Made by a program: the position numbers and the translations under genes. The notes beneath the pieces are model-generated. The model did no database searches. It saw only the letters and a list, made by a program, of their open reading frames with translations, and was not told the origin of the DNA. Shown in pieces: positions 52,484 through 61,976 of a stretch of DNA of 64,000 nucleotides. Origin of the DNA: Nitrosopumilus sp. (GTDB lineage: Archaea > Thermoproteota > Nitrososphaeria > Nitrososphaerales > Nitrosopumilaceae); assembly GCA_965214775.1 (NCBI GenBank), contig OZ243974.1, positions 1,440,001-1,504,000 on the forward strand, given 5' to 3'. Numbering within the stretch: position 1 is the stretch's first letter; every line of letters begins with the position of its first letter.

Positions 52484-52690
52484 GACTGCTGCAGCCAAAT
52501 GAAAAGTACCCACGATCTGGCGTCATGGAGGGGAAGCGCGGAGAGGGGCTTGGATTCTCTGAGACAAGCAGTCATATGCCCTTCAGAGATGTGATCCGAA
52601 ATTAGAAACCGAGAGCCCCGTCTGCAGCTGTTCTGCTGCAGACCTTACATTCTCAAATAATGGACAAACAATTTTTCGCACAACATGGAA

Positions 52691-55600
52691 TTACCAGAAT
52701 TGCCACCATGACTTTTGAACTGGTTTTTGAACAATCGTACATACTCCGTCAATTAGTTTGGTTCCATGTCCGCAAAATCCGAATCTCTTTTCTGGTTCAG
52801 GCCCCTTTGGTTCTGGTTCTTCAACTGTCTGCTCTTTCCCAGACGGTTCTTCAACTGTCTGCTCTTTCCCAGACGGTTCTTCAACTGTCTGCTCTTTCCC
52901 AGACGGTTCTTCTGACCCGACTGCCTGGTAAATTGAGTCGTATTCCGGATAGTTTTCATCGAACCATTTTTTGTAACCTGCCTCGTTGTTGTATCTCTCA
53001 ACATAGCTTTGAGGATCTTTTGACTCGTCAACAAACGGGGCGGGAACCTCCAACGGTTCCTCCAGTCCGACTGCCTGGTAAATTGAGTCGTATTCCGGAT
53101 AGTTTTCATCGAACCATTTTTTGTAACCTGCCTCGTTGTTGTATCTCTCAACATAGCTTTGAGGATCTTTTGACTCGTCAACAAACGGGGCGGGAACCTC
53201 CAACGGTTCCTCCAGTCCGACTGCCTGGTAAATTGAGTCGTATTCTGGGTATGCCTTATCAAACCAGTCCCTGTAACCTGCCTCGTTGTTGTATCTCTCA
53301 ACATAGCTTTGAGGATCTTTTGACTCGTCAACAAACGGAGCCAATCCTGACTCTTCTGGCTCTTTGACAGCTTTTGGCTCTTTGACAGGTTCTGTTCCCT
53401 TGATGGAATCATTTACATTTACGACAAGTGATTTAGAGTCAAACATTCCGTCTCTTCTTACTTCGACATCAAACGTGTAGGTTTTTCCGCCATCAGAACT
53501 TGTCGGAGTCCATGTGAACATTCCTGTATCTGAAATGATCTTGGCGCCTGCAGGTGCGTTCTTTAGGCCAAACACCAGACGGTCTTTGATTGCACTGTCT
53601 GTCAGTTTTACAGTAAATGACAATAGTTTTCCTTCATCTATTGACAGCGTTCCAACCGGACTAATCTCCAATCCCGCAATTCTTGGAGTAGCTGTTGATT
53701 CGTTTGACGGTTCGCTTGTCCCTGCCGCATTAATTGCTGAAACCCTGTACGTGTATTTTGAGTCAGTTACAAGCCCCGAATGGACATATGTCCCTGATCT
53801 GCTTTGCGTATCCTCGAGAACCGTACTAAAGCGTCCGTCGTCCCTTTTGGACTCGATTTTGTAGCCGGTAATCTCGGAATTTCCGTCATCTGTCGGCTCA
53901 CTCCACGTAAGTTTGACTGATTTTGCAGATTCAGTTTCTGCCCGCAATTTTATTGGCGGTGAGGATGTTGTAACTTGGACTTCAGTTGCAGTAATTGGCC
54001 CTTCTGATGCGTCTGTGGAATCCTCTCTAGGAGTTGCAGATGCAGTATTTGATTCCTCCGTCTCACCGAATCCGATATTTGCCACGACTGCATATGTGTA
54101 AGTCTTGTCAGTTGCCAAACCTGAAACAATAAATGTGGTGGTCTGTCCGTTCGTATCTCCAACACTGTCATAAACATCATCAATTATTTCTCGTTTAATT
54201 TCATACCCTCCAATTGCCTGACCAAATGTTTGAGACGGGGGCATCCATGACAGCTTTATCTGGCTAGGGGAAATTGCAGTTGCAGTCAATGCCGCAGGTG
54301 TTGTGGTATGATCGGGTTTTTCAGAAACCAGAGACGATGCATCGCTTGTTCCTTCAGAATTTATCGAGTAAACGCGATAATAATACGTCTCATTTTCCTC
54401 CAATCCATGATGAATAAACGAAGTTGTTTTGCTTTGAGTGTTTTCTGAAATTGTACTGTAATCCCCGGAACCGACTTTGTACTCGATTTTATATCCTGTA
54501 ATTTCTGGTACGGACTCGCCAAGTTCAGGCTCATCCCAGGTTAGAATTATTGATGTTGGAGAAACGGGTGATACCTTGGGATTTTTAGGCCTCTCGGGAG
54601 TCATTACTGCAGGCTCTGAACCAAGTGTTATGGCCTGAATTCTGCCGTTATTTGAGTCTGATACAAAGAGCAAACCGTTTGTCCTGTCTAACGAAATTCC
54701 CATTGGCGTGTCAAATTCTCCGTCTCCTGTGCCTGACACTCCGAATTCCTCAACAAAGCACACACCGTCAACAATCTCCTGGGTACCGCTTGGACATGTT
54801 ATGCCATCAATGATTTCAAAAGCCTGAATTCTGTTGTTAACCGAGTCTGCAACATACAGAATGCCATTTGAATCATCAAATGCCAGTCCTGCAGGACCAT
54901 GAAACTCCCCCCTGTCGCCTCCTCGGGTTCCGAATTCTTTAACATAACAAATCCCGTCGACTGATTTGACTGTGCCTCCTGGACATGTCGTACCGGCTAC
55001 AATTTCAAACATCACAACTCTGTCATTTCCAGAGTCTGCAACATACAGAATGTCATTTGGGTTGTCAATAACCATGCTGGATGGATTTACAAATTCATCA
55101 TTTTGATTAAAAGAACCAAAACTAAATTCAAAACTTCCCGCTGCATTGAAAACAGAAATGGAATCCCTCTCTGAATTTGAGACAAAGATATCTCTCGTCT
55201 CATCCTGAATTACTACTCCTTCTGCGCCCTCAAGATACTCGTCGTTTCCGCTGTCTGATGATCCAAATTTGAAAAGGAACTTTCCGTTACCATCAAACAC
55301 CTGGATTCTATGATTGCCTGCATCTACAACAAAAAATTTCCCAAAGGAATCAAGCGCCATGCTTAGCGGACTGTTAAACTGTCCGTCTCCATCATCCTTT
55401 GCCCCATCAGCGCCATCATTACAATCTTGAATCAGCGCCATATCGCAAAACGTTCCGTATTCAAACTTGTGATCTCCGTCATGCTCAAACACGTTGATTC
55501 TATTGCTGTTTTTATCTACGACATAGATCTCCCTTCCATCACTGCCAACTATGACATCTGTCGGATTGCCCAACGATTCTCCGTCTGTTCCAAGTTCTCC

Positions 55601-55696
55601 GAACTTGAAGGAAAATCCCATCTCTGCATGCGCTAATGGAATTGAAGCAACTGAAATTGTCACTAGAAATATGCTTAAAATGAGATTTTTTTCCAA
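52691..55696 (-). CDS. Secreted surface protein: NHL beta-propeller, 3 FN3, Ig-like domain, 3 PFVD..KDPQSY repeats
   Basis: Signal peptide; LYVADSGNDRV repeats; ITGYKIE..YRVSAIN; 150-bp and 30-bp tandem repeats. Confidence 0.9.
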   Translation of the reverse strand: MEKNLILSIFLVTISVASIPLAHAEMGFSFKFGELGTDGESLGNPTDVIVGSDGREIYVVDKNSNRINVFEHDGDHKFEYGTFCDMALIQDCNDGADGAKDDGDGQFNSPLSMALDSFGKFFVVDAGNHRIQVFDGNGKFLFKFGSSDSGNDEYLEGAEGVVIQDETRDIFVSNSERDSISVFNAAGSFEFSFGSFNQNDEFVNPSSMVIDNPNDILYVADSGNDRVVMFEIVAGTTCPGGTVKSVDGICYVKEFGTRGGDRGEFHGPAGLAFDDSNGILYVADSVNNRIQAFEIIDGITCPSGTQEIVDGVCFVEEFGVSGTGDGEFDTPMGISLDRTNGLLFVSDSNNGRIQAITLGSEPAVMTPERPKNPKVSPVSPTSIILTWDEPELGESVPEITGYKIEYKVGSGDYSTISENTQSKTTSFIHHGLEENETYYYRVYSINSEGTSDASSLVSEKPDHTTTPAALTATAISPSQIKLSWMPPSQTFGQAIGGYEIKREIIDDVYDSVGDTNGQTTTFIVSGLATDKTYTYAVVANIGFGETEESNTASATPREDSTDASEGPITATEVQVTTSSPPIKLRAETESAKSVKLTWSEPTDDGNSEITGYKIESKRDDGRFSTVLEDTQSRSGTYVHSGLVTDSKYTYRVSAINAAGTSEPSNESTATPRIAGLEISPVGTLSIDEGKLLSFTVKLTDSAIKDRLVFGLKNAPAGAKIISDTGMFTWTPTSSDGGKTYTFDVEVRRDGMFDSKSLVVNVNDSIKGTEPVKEPKAVKEPEESGLAPFVDESKDPQSYVERYNNEAGYRDWFDKAYPEYDSIYQAVGLEEPLEVPAPFVDESKDPQSYVERYNNEAGYKKWFDENYPEYDSIYQAVGLEEPLEVPAPFVDESKDPQSYVERYNNEAGYKKWFDENYPEYDSIYQAVGSEEPSGKEQTVEEPSGKEQTVEEPSGKEQTVEEPEPKGPEPEKRFGFCGHGTKLIDGVCTIVQKPVQKSWWQFW

Positions 55697-55794
55697 TTTA
55701 CATTACATTTACGCGCATTTTTATTAAATTAGAAAATAAATTTCACCACTCTTTTGCTAAATTGGCTTGAGCTAGATTTTGACGTGTTTTCTGG

Positions 55795-55912
55795 GTAATA
55801 GGACAGCCCCTGCCTAGGCAGCAATCAGGCACGAATCTGTCCGCAGATGTGATTTTCATGCCTGACTGGCAAGGGACGTGACTCCAACTTTAGGCAGGGG
55901 CTATCCTATTAC
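55795..55912. mobile_element. MITE family C (118 bp; GTAA ends, 8-bp duplication)
   Basis: TIR GTAATAGGA(C/T)AGCCCCTGCCTA; TTTTCTGG on both flanks. Confidence 0.95.
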
Positions 55913-57391
55913 TTTTCTGGCTTTGAGCACGATAATGGCTGGAAGTGCAACATACATTCCCAGATTCAACGCAATTACGGAGATTCCTAGTCCGAGTACC
56001 TCGATTTCAGAACCGCTATCAGCTAGTGTCATAATGGACAGAGTGGACACCATTGGAGTGATCAATGCTCTTACTGCTTTTTGAAGCATCGGATTTTCTC
56101 TTTCCAAATCAGCAATTGTCGGTGAGAATGAATAGTAAACCTGGTTAAAACCAGTCATAAAGGCAGCACCGGACGACGTGCTCATTACGGTGTTGTCTCT
56201 GACTTCTCTTAGGAACTGTACTTGGGGAGCTAGCTCGGTGCCATATGCTGCTGTTGCAACAAGACATCCTCCGCCTTGCGAATTATCCACAATAACACAA
56301 GTGTCACCAATCAGGTCAGTTCCTGCTCCGCATTCTCCAAATTCAGGCTCTTCTCCTTTTTCTCCTTTTTCTCTTGTTGGCTCCTCTGACCCGACTGCCT
56401 GGTAAATGGAGTCGTATTCCGGATAGTTTTCATCGAACCATTTTTTGTAACCTGCCTCGTTGTTGTATCTCTCAACATAGCTTTGCGGATCTTTTGATTC
56501 GTCAACAAACGGGGCGGGAACCTCCAGCGGTTCCTCTGACCCGACTGCCTGGTAAATGGAGTCGTATTCCGGATAGTTTTCATCGAACCATTTTTTGTAA
56601 CCTGCCTCGTTGTTGTATCTCTCAACATAGCTTTGCGGATCTTTTGACTCGTCAACAAACGGGGCGGGAACCTCCAGCGGTTCCTCTGACCCGACTGCCT
56701 TATTCTCTCTGGGTTCTGGCGTAACTGGGATGGGATCATTTACTGTGATTGTTATTGATTCTCTGTCAACCTGACTTGCTTTTGCAGCAACAATATCAAA
56801 TGTGTATTTTGCACCTGGTGAATTCCCGTGCGAACTAGATGGGATCCACGTAAATTTTCCTGTTTCAGAGTCAATTGTCGCTCCTGTGGGAGGATTTTTT
56901 TCAAGACTGTAAACAACCCCGTCTATCGAGTCATCTGTGATTCCTACAGTAAATGAGACTGTTTTTCCTTCATCTGTTGTTACATCCTGGATCGGTTTTA
57001 ACGTTAAGACAAAATCCGGAACTTGAAAAATTTTCTCACCATCATACTCTATCTTGACAGTCATTCCCTCGTTCTCTTTTTGATTATTTACAAATGCTGT
57101 TGCGTCATAGATTCCTGCACTTGAAAAGAGATCTGTAACTGATCTTGGAATAACTGAAAATTCACCCTGATCTGGTGCTGGATCTGAAAGCATGCCCTTG
57201 AATTTGCCCCCTGAATCACGTATTATCACAAAAACTGTCTCCTTTCCATCCTGTGATCCGATGAATTTGAAGCTCTCTGCATTTGTGTAAAAGTTCTTTT
57301 CTAGTTCAATTGAAGTAACTTGTGCATGGGCTGGAATAATCATTGCCAAGACTAGTGAAAACAATACTGCTCCTGCCATTCCTTTGTTCAT
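55901..57391 (-). CDS. Secreted Ig-domain protein with PFVD repeats and CFI-box-CTERM domain
   Basis: Signal peptide; GGGCLVATAAYG..VQFLREVRD..YYSFSP; C-terminal TM. Confidence 0.9.
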   Translation of the reverse strand: MNKGMAGAVLFSLVLAMIIPAHAQVTSIELEKNFYTNAESFKFIGSQDGKETVFVIIRDSGGKFKGMLSDPAPDQGEFSVIPRSVTDLFSSAGIYDATAFVNNQKENEGMTVKIEYDGEKIFQVPDFVLTLKPIQDVTTDEGKTVSFTVGITDDSIDGVVYSLEKNPPTGATIDSETGKFTWIPSSSHGNSPGAKYTFDIVAAKASQVDRESITITVNDPIPVTPEPRENKAVGSEEPLEVPAPFVDESKDPQSYVERYNNEAGYKKWFDENYPEYDSIYQAVGSEEPLEVPAPFVDESKDPQSYVERYNNEAGYKKWFDENYPEYDSIYQAVGSEEPTREKGEKGEEPEFGECGAGTDLIGDTCVIVDNSQGGGCLVATAAYGTELAPQVQFLREVRDNTVMSTSSGAAFMTGFNQVYYSFSPTIADLERENPMLQKAVRALITPMVSTLSIMTLADSGSEIEVLGLGISVIALNLGMYVALPAIIVLKARKVIG

Positions 57392-57460
57392 GACGATCCT
57401 TTACCGTCTGGACTTTAAAAAAACTTGTATAATTTCTTCTATTGAGTTGCAAACATTTCT

Positions 57461-57877
57461 TTACAAATCAAGCAGGAATTTCATAAAAACCTCTTTTCCT
57501 TCCTTGATTTCCATTTCATAAAACGTTGGGGCTTTAATCTCCACTTTGAAATTATGTCTTTGAAAATCAAGATGTTCTCCAAACGCAGTAGCATTAATCT
57601 CGTATCCATTCTTTTCCCCAATTTCAAACTCCACTCTTCTAATTGCAAACCCTTCTGTAATCAATACAAACGTAATTTCTTCTAGCCAGCTGAATAGGAG
57701 GTATCTTAGATCCTTCCCTTTTGCTGAAAATTGCTTTTGTTCTTTTTCTTCTACTTTCTTTTGATCAAGCGTTAGGTTGATTACGGCATCTGCTGTCACT
57801 GAAAAAGCTTCTTTGAGATTTTTTGCTCTAACCTCGATTATTGCATCTGTTGCATGATCTAGGAATTTGTAGCTCAA
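57461..57877 (-). CDS. Archease
   Basis: YKFLDHATD, LLFSWLEE, EIKAPTFY, LDL end. Confidence 0.93.
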   Translation of the reverse strand: MSYKFLDHATDAIIEVRAKNLKEAFSVTADAVINLTLDQKKVEEKEQKQFSAKGKDLRYLLFSWLEEITFVLITEGFAIRRVEFEIGEKNGYEINATAFGEHLDFQRHNFKVEIKAPTFYEMEIKEGKEVFMKFLLDL

Positions 57878-58093
57878 CTGATTGTTTTGAATCCTTTCTG
57901 ACTATTAATCTAGACTGCATTGTTTTGCTGAATCATGCACGTTATTTATGATTCAAAACACGTTTTTCTCCGTATCTGTACCTTGGGCAAACCGGTTTGA
58001 TCCTGAGACGGGCCATCTTTGGAGCAATTAACTGTTCTCAGTTGTCAACAACTTTGCTTGAAGCGTCACGAAATTTTGATTTGCATTAACCAT

Positions 58094-58129
58094 AAAAAAG
58101 AAAAAAAATTTCCAACTTTGTTGGAAATT
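58094..58129 (-). terminator. Hairpin plus U-rich tract after the spondin-domain gene
   Basis: AATTTCCAAC-TTT-GTTGGAAATT followed on the minus strand by T runs. Confidence 0.6.
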
Positions 58130-58865
58130 AATTTATTCGCACAATGTCGATTTTAGCTACCGGACCATTCCACGCATGAACCCTGTTTTGCAGATCTTCA
58201 TCTCCCACAACGCCCGGATGCGGAATGATGATTCCATCTTCGGCAATTTCTGGGTTGCTTGCACCGGTTCCATCCTCGTCGGAACTGACTCCGATTGCAT
58301 CTTGACATGGAGGAACCAAATCAGCAAAGTCTTCGGTATTCATCTCCGTTCTTGCGTCAAATGCTTTGGCATAGACAGTTTTTTCCTTGTAGAATGGAAG
58401 CTTCACTGAATCTATTCCGGCAAATCCATCATTTGTACAAACTAGCATGCTTGCAAAGGATAGATACCTCATGTTGTCCTTGGCTGACACTGTAAAAGTC
58501 TCAGAATACCCCAATCCTGTATTGCCTGGGTCGTTTGCAGGAACTAGGGGGGCAGTTCCTTGAACAATGTCCAAAACACCTGCATTACTTTTGAGTTTCT
58601 CTACAAGCGGCTCAGAATTTCCATTTTCAGCTAGTTGACGGAGTTGCTCTGATGCCATCTTGCCTGGAGTAAAGACTTCAACATCTTTTGAATGGGTTGC
58701 CAAAAGCGGTGGTGTGATTGGCTGACCAGGTGTAAGATTAGTTATTGTAACTTCATACATCTGCGTCTTTGCTGCGTTAGACTCTGGAATTCCCGCAACA
58801 CCTACTGCTAGTATTGCCAGCAGTACTGTAGTTGCAAAAAGAAGTCCTGTCTTTTTTGATTTCAT
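58128..58865 (-). CDS. Secreted spondin_N-domain protein
   Basis: YEVTITNLT.GQPITP, LAENGN, SMLVCTNDGF, FDARTEMNTE. Confidence 0.85.
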   Translation of the reverse strand: MKSKKTGLLFATTVLLAILAVGVAGIPESNAAKTQMYEVTITNLTPGQPITPPLLATHSKDVEVFTPGKMASEQLRQLAENGNSEPLVEKLKSNAGVLDIVQGTAPLVPANDPGNTGLGYSETFTVSAKDNMRYLSFASMLVCTNDGFAGIDSVKLPFYKEKTVYAKAFDARTEMNTEDFADLVPPCQDAIGVSSDEDGTGASNPEIAEDGIIIPHPGVVGDEDLQNRVHAWNGPVAKIDIVRIN

Positions 58866-58899
58866 TGAAAGTGATACTCTAAAAAACAGTATTAAGGAT

Positions 58900-58924
58900 T
58901 TTTCCACTTTATGTCCAAATCTTT
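58900..58924 (-). promoter_or_regulatory. Putative regulator site, 20/25 identical to 60503-60527
   Basis: AAAGATTTGGACATAAAGTGGAAAA just upstream of a TATA-like box, 35 bp from ATG. Confidence 0.55.
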
Positions 58925-58930
58925 CTTGCA

Positions 58931-59233
58931 TTATCTTCTTGTAATCCAAACAAGAATTGATAGTCCAATTGTTTGAACCGCATTTATTGCAAACAAATAG
59001 TCCGATACCATATCAGCTGACATCATCAGCACTTTATCATCCATGTATAGCGTTGACCAAAACAAAACTATCACAATGTTTTGAATCATTAATAGTACTG
59101 CAACTAAAACCAATCCCGAGGTATAATAGGATCTGATTATTCTCATGTTTTGAACATATGTGACGATTACAACTAAAAGTAGCCCCATATTCAAAAATGC
59201 AGAAATCACTGCAGCCAACATAAAGTCAATCAT
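58931..59233 (-). CDS. Small 3-TM membrane protein paired with the wHTH gene
   Basis: Three hydrophobic helices; similar layout to 29964-30248. Confidence 0.75.
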   Translation of the reverse strand: MIDFMLAAVISAFLNMGLLLVVIVTYVQNMRIIRSYYTSGLVLVAVLLMIQNIVIVLFWSTLYMDDKVLMMSADMVSDYLFAINAVQTIGLSILVWITRR

Positions 59234-59263
59234 GACACAATTCCTGCCTGTCTGCCTGCTAGT

Positions 59264-59578
59264 CTAGCCTGTTCCAATTTTCTCCATTATCTCCTCTAAC
59301 GTATCCTGATTTTCCTTCATAATGTCTGATAACTGGTATTTTGCACCATAGTCTTTTTCTGCTTTTTTTACAAGCTCGTTTTTTACTAGAATTTTGATGT
59401 GGTGTGCAACTGTTTTGTGATCAAGATTCAGGGTTGTTGATATTTTGTGTGCATTAAGGGGAGTTCCTTTGATTAAATTGAGGATTTTTGCCCTGTTTAC
59501 ACCTCCTCTTGTACCTGCAATAATACTCCACAGAACCATCTTGAATCTTGGATTAGTTGACGGGCTAGACCCGTTCAT
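59264..59578 (-). CDS. ArsR-like winged-helix transcriptional regulator
   Basis: AGTRGGVNRAKIL..LNLDHKTVAHHIKIL..YGAKY. Confidence 0.88.
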   Translation of the reverse strand: MNGSSPSTNPRFKMVLWSIIAGTRGGVNRAKILNLIKGTPLNAHKISTTLNLDHKTVAHHIKILVKNELVKKAEKDYGAKYQLSDIMKENQDTLEEIMEKIGTG

Positions 59579-59708
59579 GCCTGAAAACATGTACCCTTTT
59601 GGAAAAATCCGTGGTAATGAAAATGAAGGTAATGCTATTGTTGCAGCTAACACTGATTGCTTGGGAACTGTATTGGATATAAAAAATTGCTTTTGTGATT
59701 TTTTCAAA

Positions 59709-60470
59709 TCACATTTGTGGTAGAACTTCTGCACTTCCAAACAACACACTGAATGCTTTGCACCAAATCAACACCTTGTTGTATTTGGCTAGATCTGTTC
59801 CTTCTGGGATATCATAGTTTTGGTTTCCTTTGTTTGCTTTGAGTTGGCCAAGATTAACAAAATCAGATGCATTGTCACTAGTTGCTAGGTAAACATACAA
59901 ATCTGGCCCATTAGTTGATCTGAAATTTTCCAATCTCAAAACATTACTGCCGTCTTCTAGCGGAATCGTATATGCGTCTCCTTGTGCATCATGAATGCCA
60001 TCCCCGACCCCAATGAATGTACCTGCATATGTCATTGGAATGCCATCTTCCTCATCCATCATCATCATCTTCTCTTCTGTCATGGATTCTTCCTCATCCA
60101 TCATCATCATCTTCTCTTCTGTCATGGATTCTTCCTCATCCATCATCATCATCTTCTCTTCTGTCATGGATTCTTCCTCATCCATCATCATCATCTTCTC
60201 TTCTGTCATGGATTCTTCCTCATCCATCATCATCATCTTCTCTTCTGTCATGGATTCTTCCTCATCCATCATCATCATCTTCTCTTCTGTCATGGATTCG
60301 TCAGATTTTTCCATCATTGCACTACTACTATCCTTGATTGGTTGTGTGATAGCTCCTGTTGGTATTGCTTCGTCAATTGATGATTCGGTAAAATATGGAG
60401 ATAATGCATAAGCTGCAATTCCTCCAGCAATTGCAATAATTGGAATTATTACAAATACCGCCTTGTTCAT
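59709..60470 (-). CDS. Membrane-anchored DM13-domain protein with Met-rich repeat linker
   Basis: N-terminal TM; LRLENF..NGPDLYVYL, GNQNY, VLIWCKAFSVLFG. Confidence 0.9.
   Translation of the reverse strand: MNKAVFVIIPIIAIAGGIAAYALSPYFTESSIDEAIPTGAITQPIKDSSSAMMEKSDESMTEEKMMMMDEEESMTEEKMMMMDEEESMTEEKMMMMDEEESMTEEKMMMMDEEESMTEEKMMMMDEEESMTEEKMMMMDEEDGIPMTYAGTFIGVGDGIHDAQGDAYTIPLEDGSNVLRLENFRSTNGPDLYVYLATSDNASDFVNLGQLKANKGNQNYDIPEGTDLAKYNKVLIWCKAFSVLFGSAEVLPQM
60047..60299 (-). repeat. Six 42-bp tandem repeats encoding SMTEEKMMMMDEEE
   Basis: Directly visible. Confidence 0.97.
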
Positions 60471-60502
60471 GAGCTCATTTTGCTTATTTCGTATATATCA
60501 TA

Positions 60503-60527
60503 TTTTCCAGTTTAGACCCCAATCTTT
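60503..60527 (-). promoter_or_regulatory. Putative regulator site, partner of 58900-58924
   Basis: AAAGATTGGGGTCTAAACTGGAAAA upstream of TATATA, 33 bp from ATG. Confidence 0.55.
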
Positions 60528-60601
60528 GGGAACAGAATATGATAAAACAACCTGATACCTACTCGTAAAGTAATTTAGTAAGATTTCGTTATCAGAAGCA
60601 A

Positions 60602-61186
60602 ATGGAACCATTTGACTCATTTCTAGTATGGATTTCTGATTTTCTAGGCAATCACCTCTATGAAGGAATCTTCCTTGCAGCCCTTCTTGAGACGATTGTT
60701 CCTCCTATCCCTACTTTGGCAGTTTTTCCAACAGCAGGATTTTTGGCAAGCCAACAAGGAATTCCTTTGATTGGAATCACTCCTATGATTCTTCTTGGCG
60801 CAATAGGTGCAACCATTGGCACTTCTGCAATATACTTGATTGCCCTTAAACTTGGGAGAGCTGTTTTGCTGCGTTATTTGAAATGTGTCAAGGTCTCTGA
60901 ATCAAAATTAGAACGTGTAGAGATTTGGTTTGAAAAGTATGGAGACAAGGCAGTATTTCTAGGAAGAATGGTTCCTGTTATGCGAGAGATGATTTCTGTT
61001 CCAGCTGGATTACTCAAAATGAGAATTCCAAAATTTGTTTTGTATACATTTGCCGGCTCTTTAATTTGGGCAACAGGAACAATTCTTGCTGGATACTATT
61101 TTGGCGAAGCCATTGGCCTTACCGCTAGTGAAATTACTACGGTTGATCACTCATATATGGCAAATAGGGGTGTGGGGGCCTGTTGA
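60602..61186 (+). CDS. DedA family membrane protein
   Basis: LETIVPPIP, WFEKYG..AVFLGRMVPVMR..ISVPAG. Confidence 0.92.
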   Translation: MEPFDSFLVWISDFLGNHLYEGIFLAALLETIVPPIPTLAVFPTAGFLASQQGIPLIGITPMILLGAIGATIGTSAIYLIALKLGRAVLLRYLKCVKVSESKLERVEIWFEKYGDKAVFLGRMVPVMREMISVPAGLLKMRIPKFVLYTFAGSLIWATGTILAGYYFGEAIGLTASEITTVDHSYMANRGVGAC

Positions 61187-61281
61187 GGTTTCTTGTAATA
61201 TCCCCACGCGCTCCGTACTGCTTGGCAACACCACTGCACATACCAGTGGGGGCCTGTTGAGGTTTCTTGTAATATCCCCAC
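61172..61281. repeat. Two identical 36-bp direct repeats with a 38-bp spacer (CRISPR-like geometry, orphan)
   Basis: GTGGGGGCCTGTTGAGGTTTCTTGTAATATCCCCAC at 61172 and 61246; no cas genes in window. Confidence 0.8.
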
Positions 61282-61340
61282 GCCGCAGAACTTCCTTTTG
61301 CTGCATGTATGCAAGTAGTATGTCTTTTTTCCAACTGATG

Positions 61341-61594
61341 GCTGATTCGAAATTAGCAGATTCTGATTATATATGAACGAATTCGCATAAACAGTCTTCC
61401 CAGAAGTTCCCCACAAGACGGCTCCAAACTCGAAACAATTCAGGCTGGACTGCCTGCAGGTCCGTATGTCACCGTCTGCATGGCCATTAGTCTGGTTACA
61501 TCTGTGAAGACTGTAGATGACAGCTCGGGTTCTGGAAGTCCAGGCACGGTTATGCAGCAGGCTATCCCAATCGGGGTTGTCCAAAAAATTTCCA
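61341..61594. mobile_element. MITE cluster: L fragment (61341-61391), K copy (61392-61513), G end (61573-61594)
   Basis: Matches to other in-window copies. Confidence 0.75.
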
Positions 61595-61604
61595 ATAGGT
61601 TGCC

Positions 61605-61913
61605 ATGATCGAGCTCCCCGGCTGGCTTAAATATGACCTGATGATGCACGAAATTATGACTAGTGGCAAGCCAGATGCAGTAGAAAAGGCAGTATTCTTG
61701 GCAAAGTTTCATAGTGGATTAGACGCTTCTACGCTTGTGGACAGATTCAATTCTGAGGCATGGCCTCAATTGGTGGGCCGGACAGGAACTGATCCTGCCA
61801 GACTACGAGCACGGGAGACTGGCCATTCATCTGGAGGCTGTAGAGCCAACCGCGGAGAGTCACATTTGGCCTCAGAATTGCCTCAAAACGAAGAATCTGG
61901 GATGCCGGTGTGA
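61605..61913 (+). pseudogene. Possible thaumarchaeal integrase fragment
   Basis: KAVFLAKFHSGLDASTLVDRFNSEAWPQL recalls a segment of thaumarchaeal tyrosine integrases (from memory). Confidence 0.35.
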
Positions 61914-61976
61914 TTTATGGTTAAAGTGCGATTTGACAGAACGCCTTGTGAGTCACGAGGAAAAAAACTACCAAAG

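Noticed and set aside
52810-60299. 42-, 30- and 150-bp repeats as CRISPR arrays
   Set aside because: No spacers; in-frame coding tandem repeats
59982-60411. His-rich and Ser/Ile-rich ORFs on the + strand
   Set aside because: Antisense shadows of the Met-rich repeat in the DM13 gene
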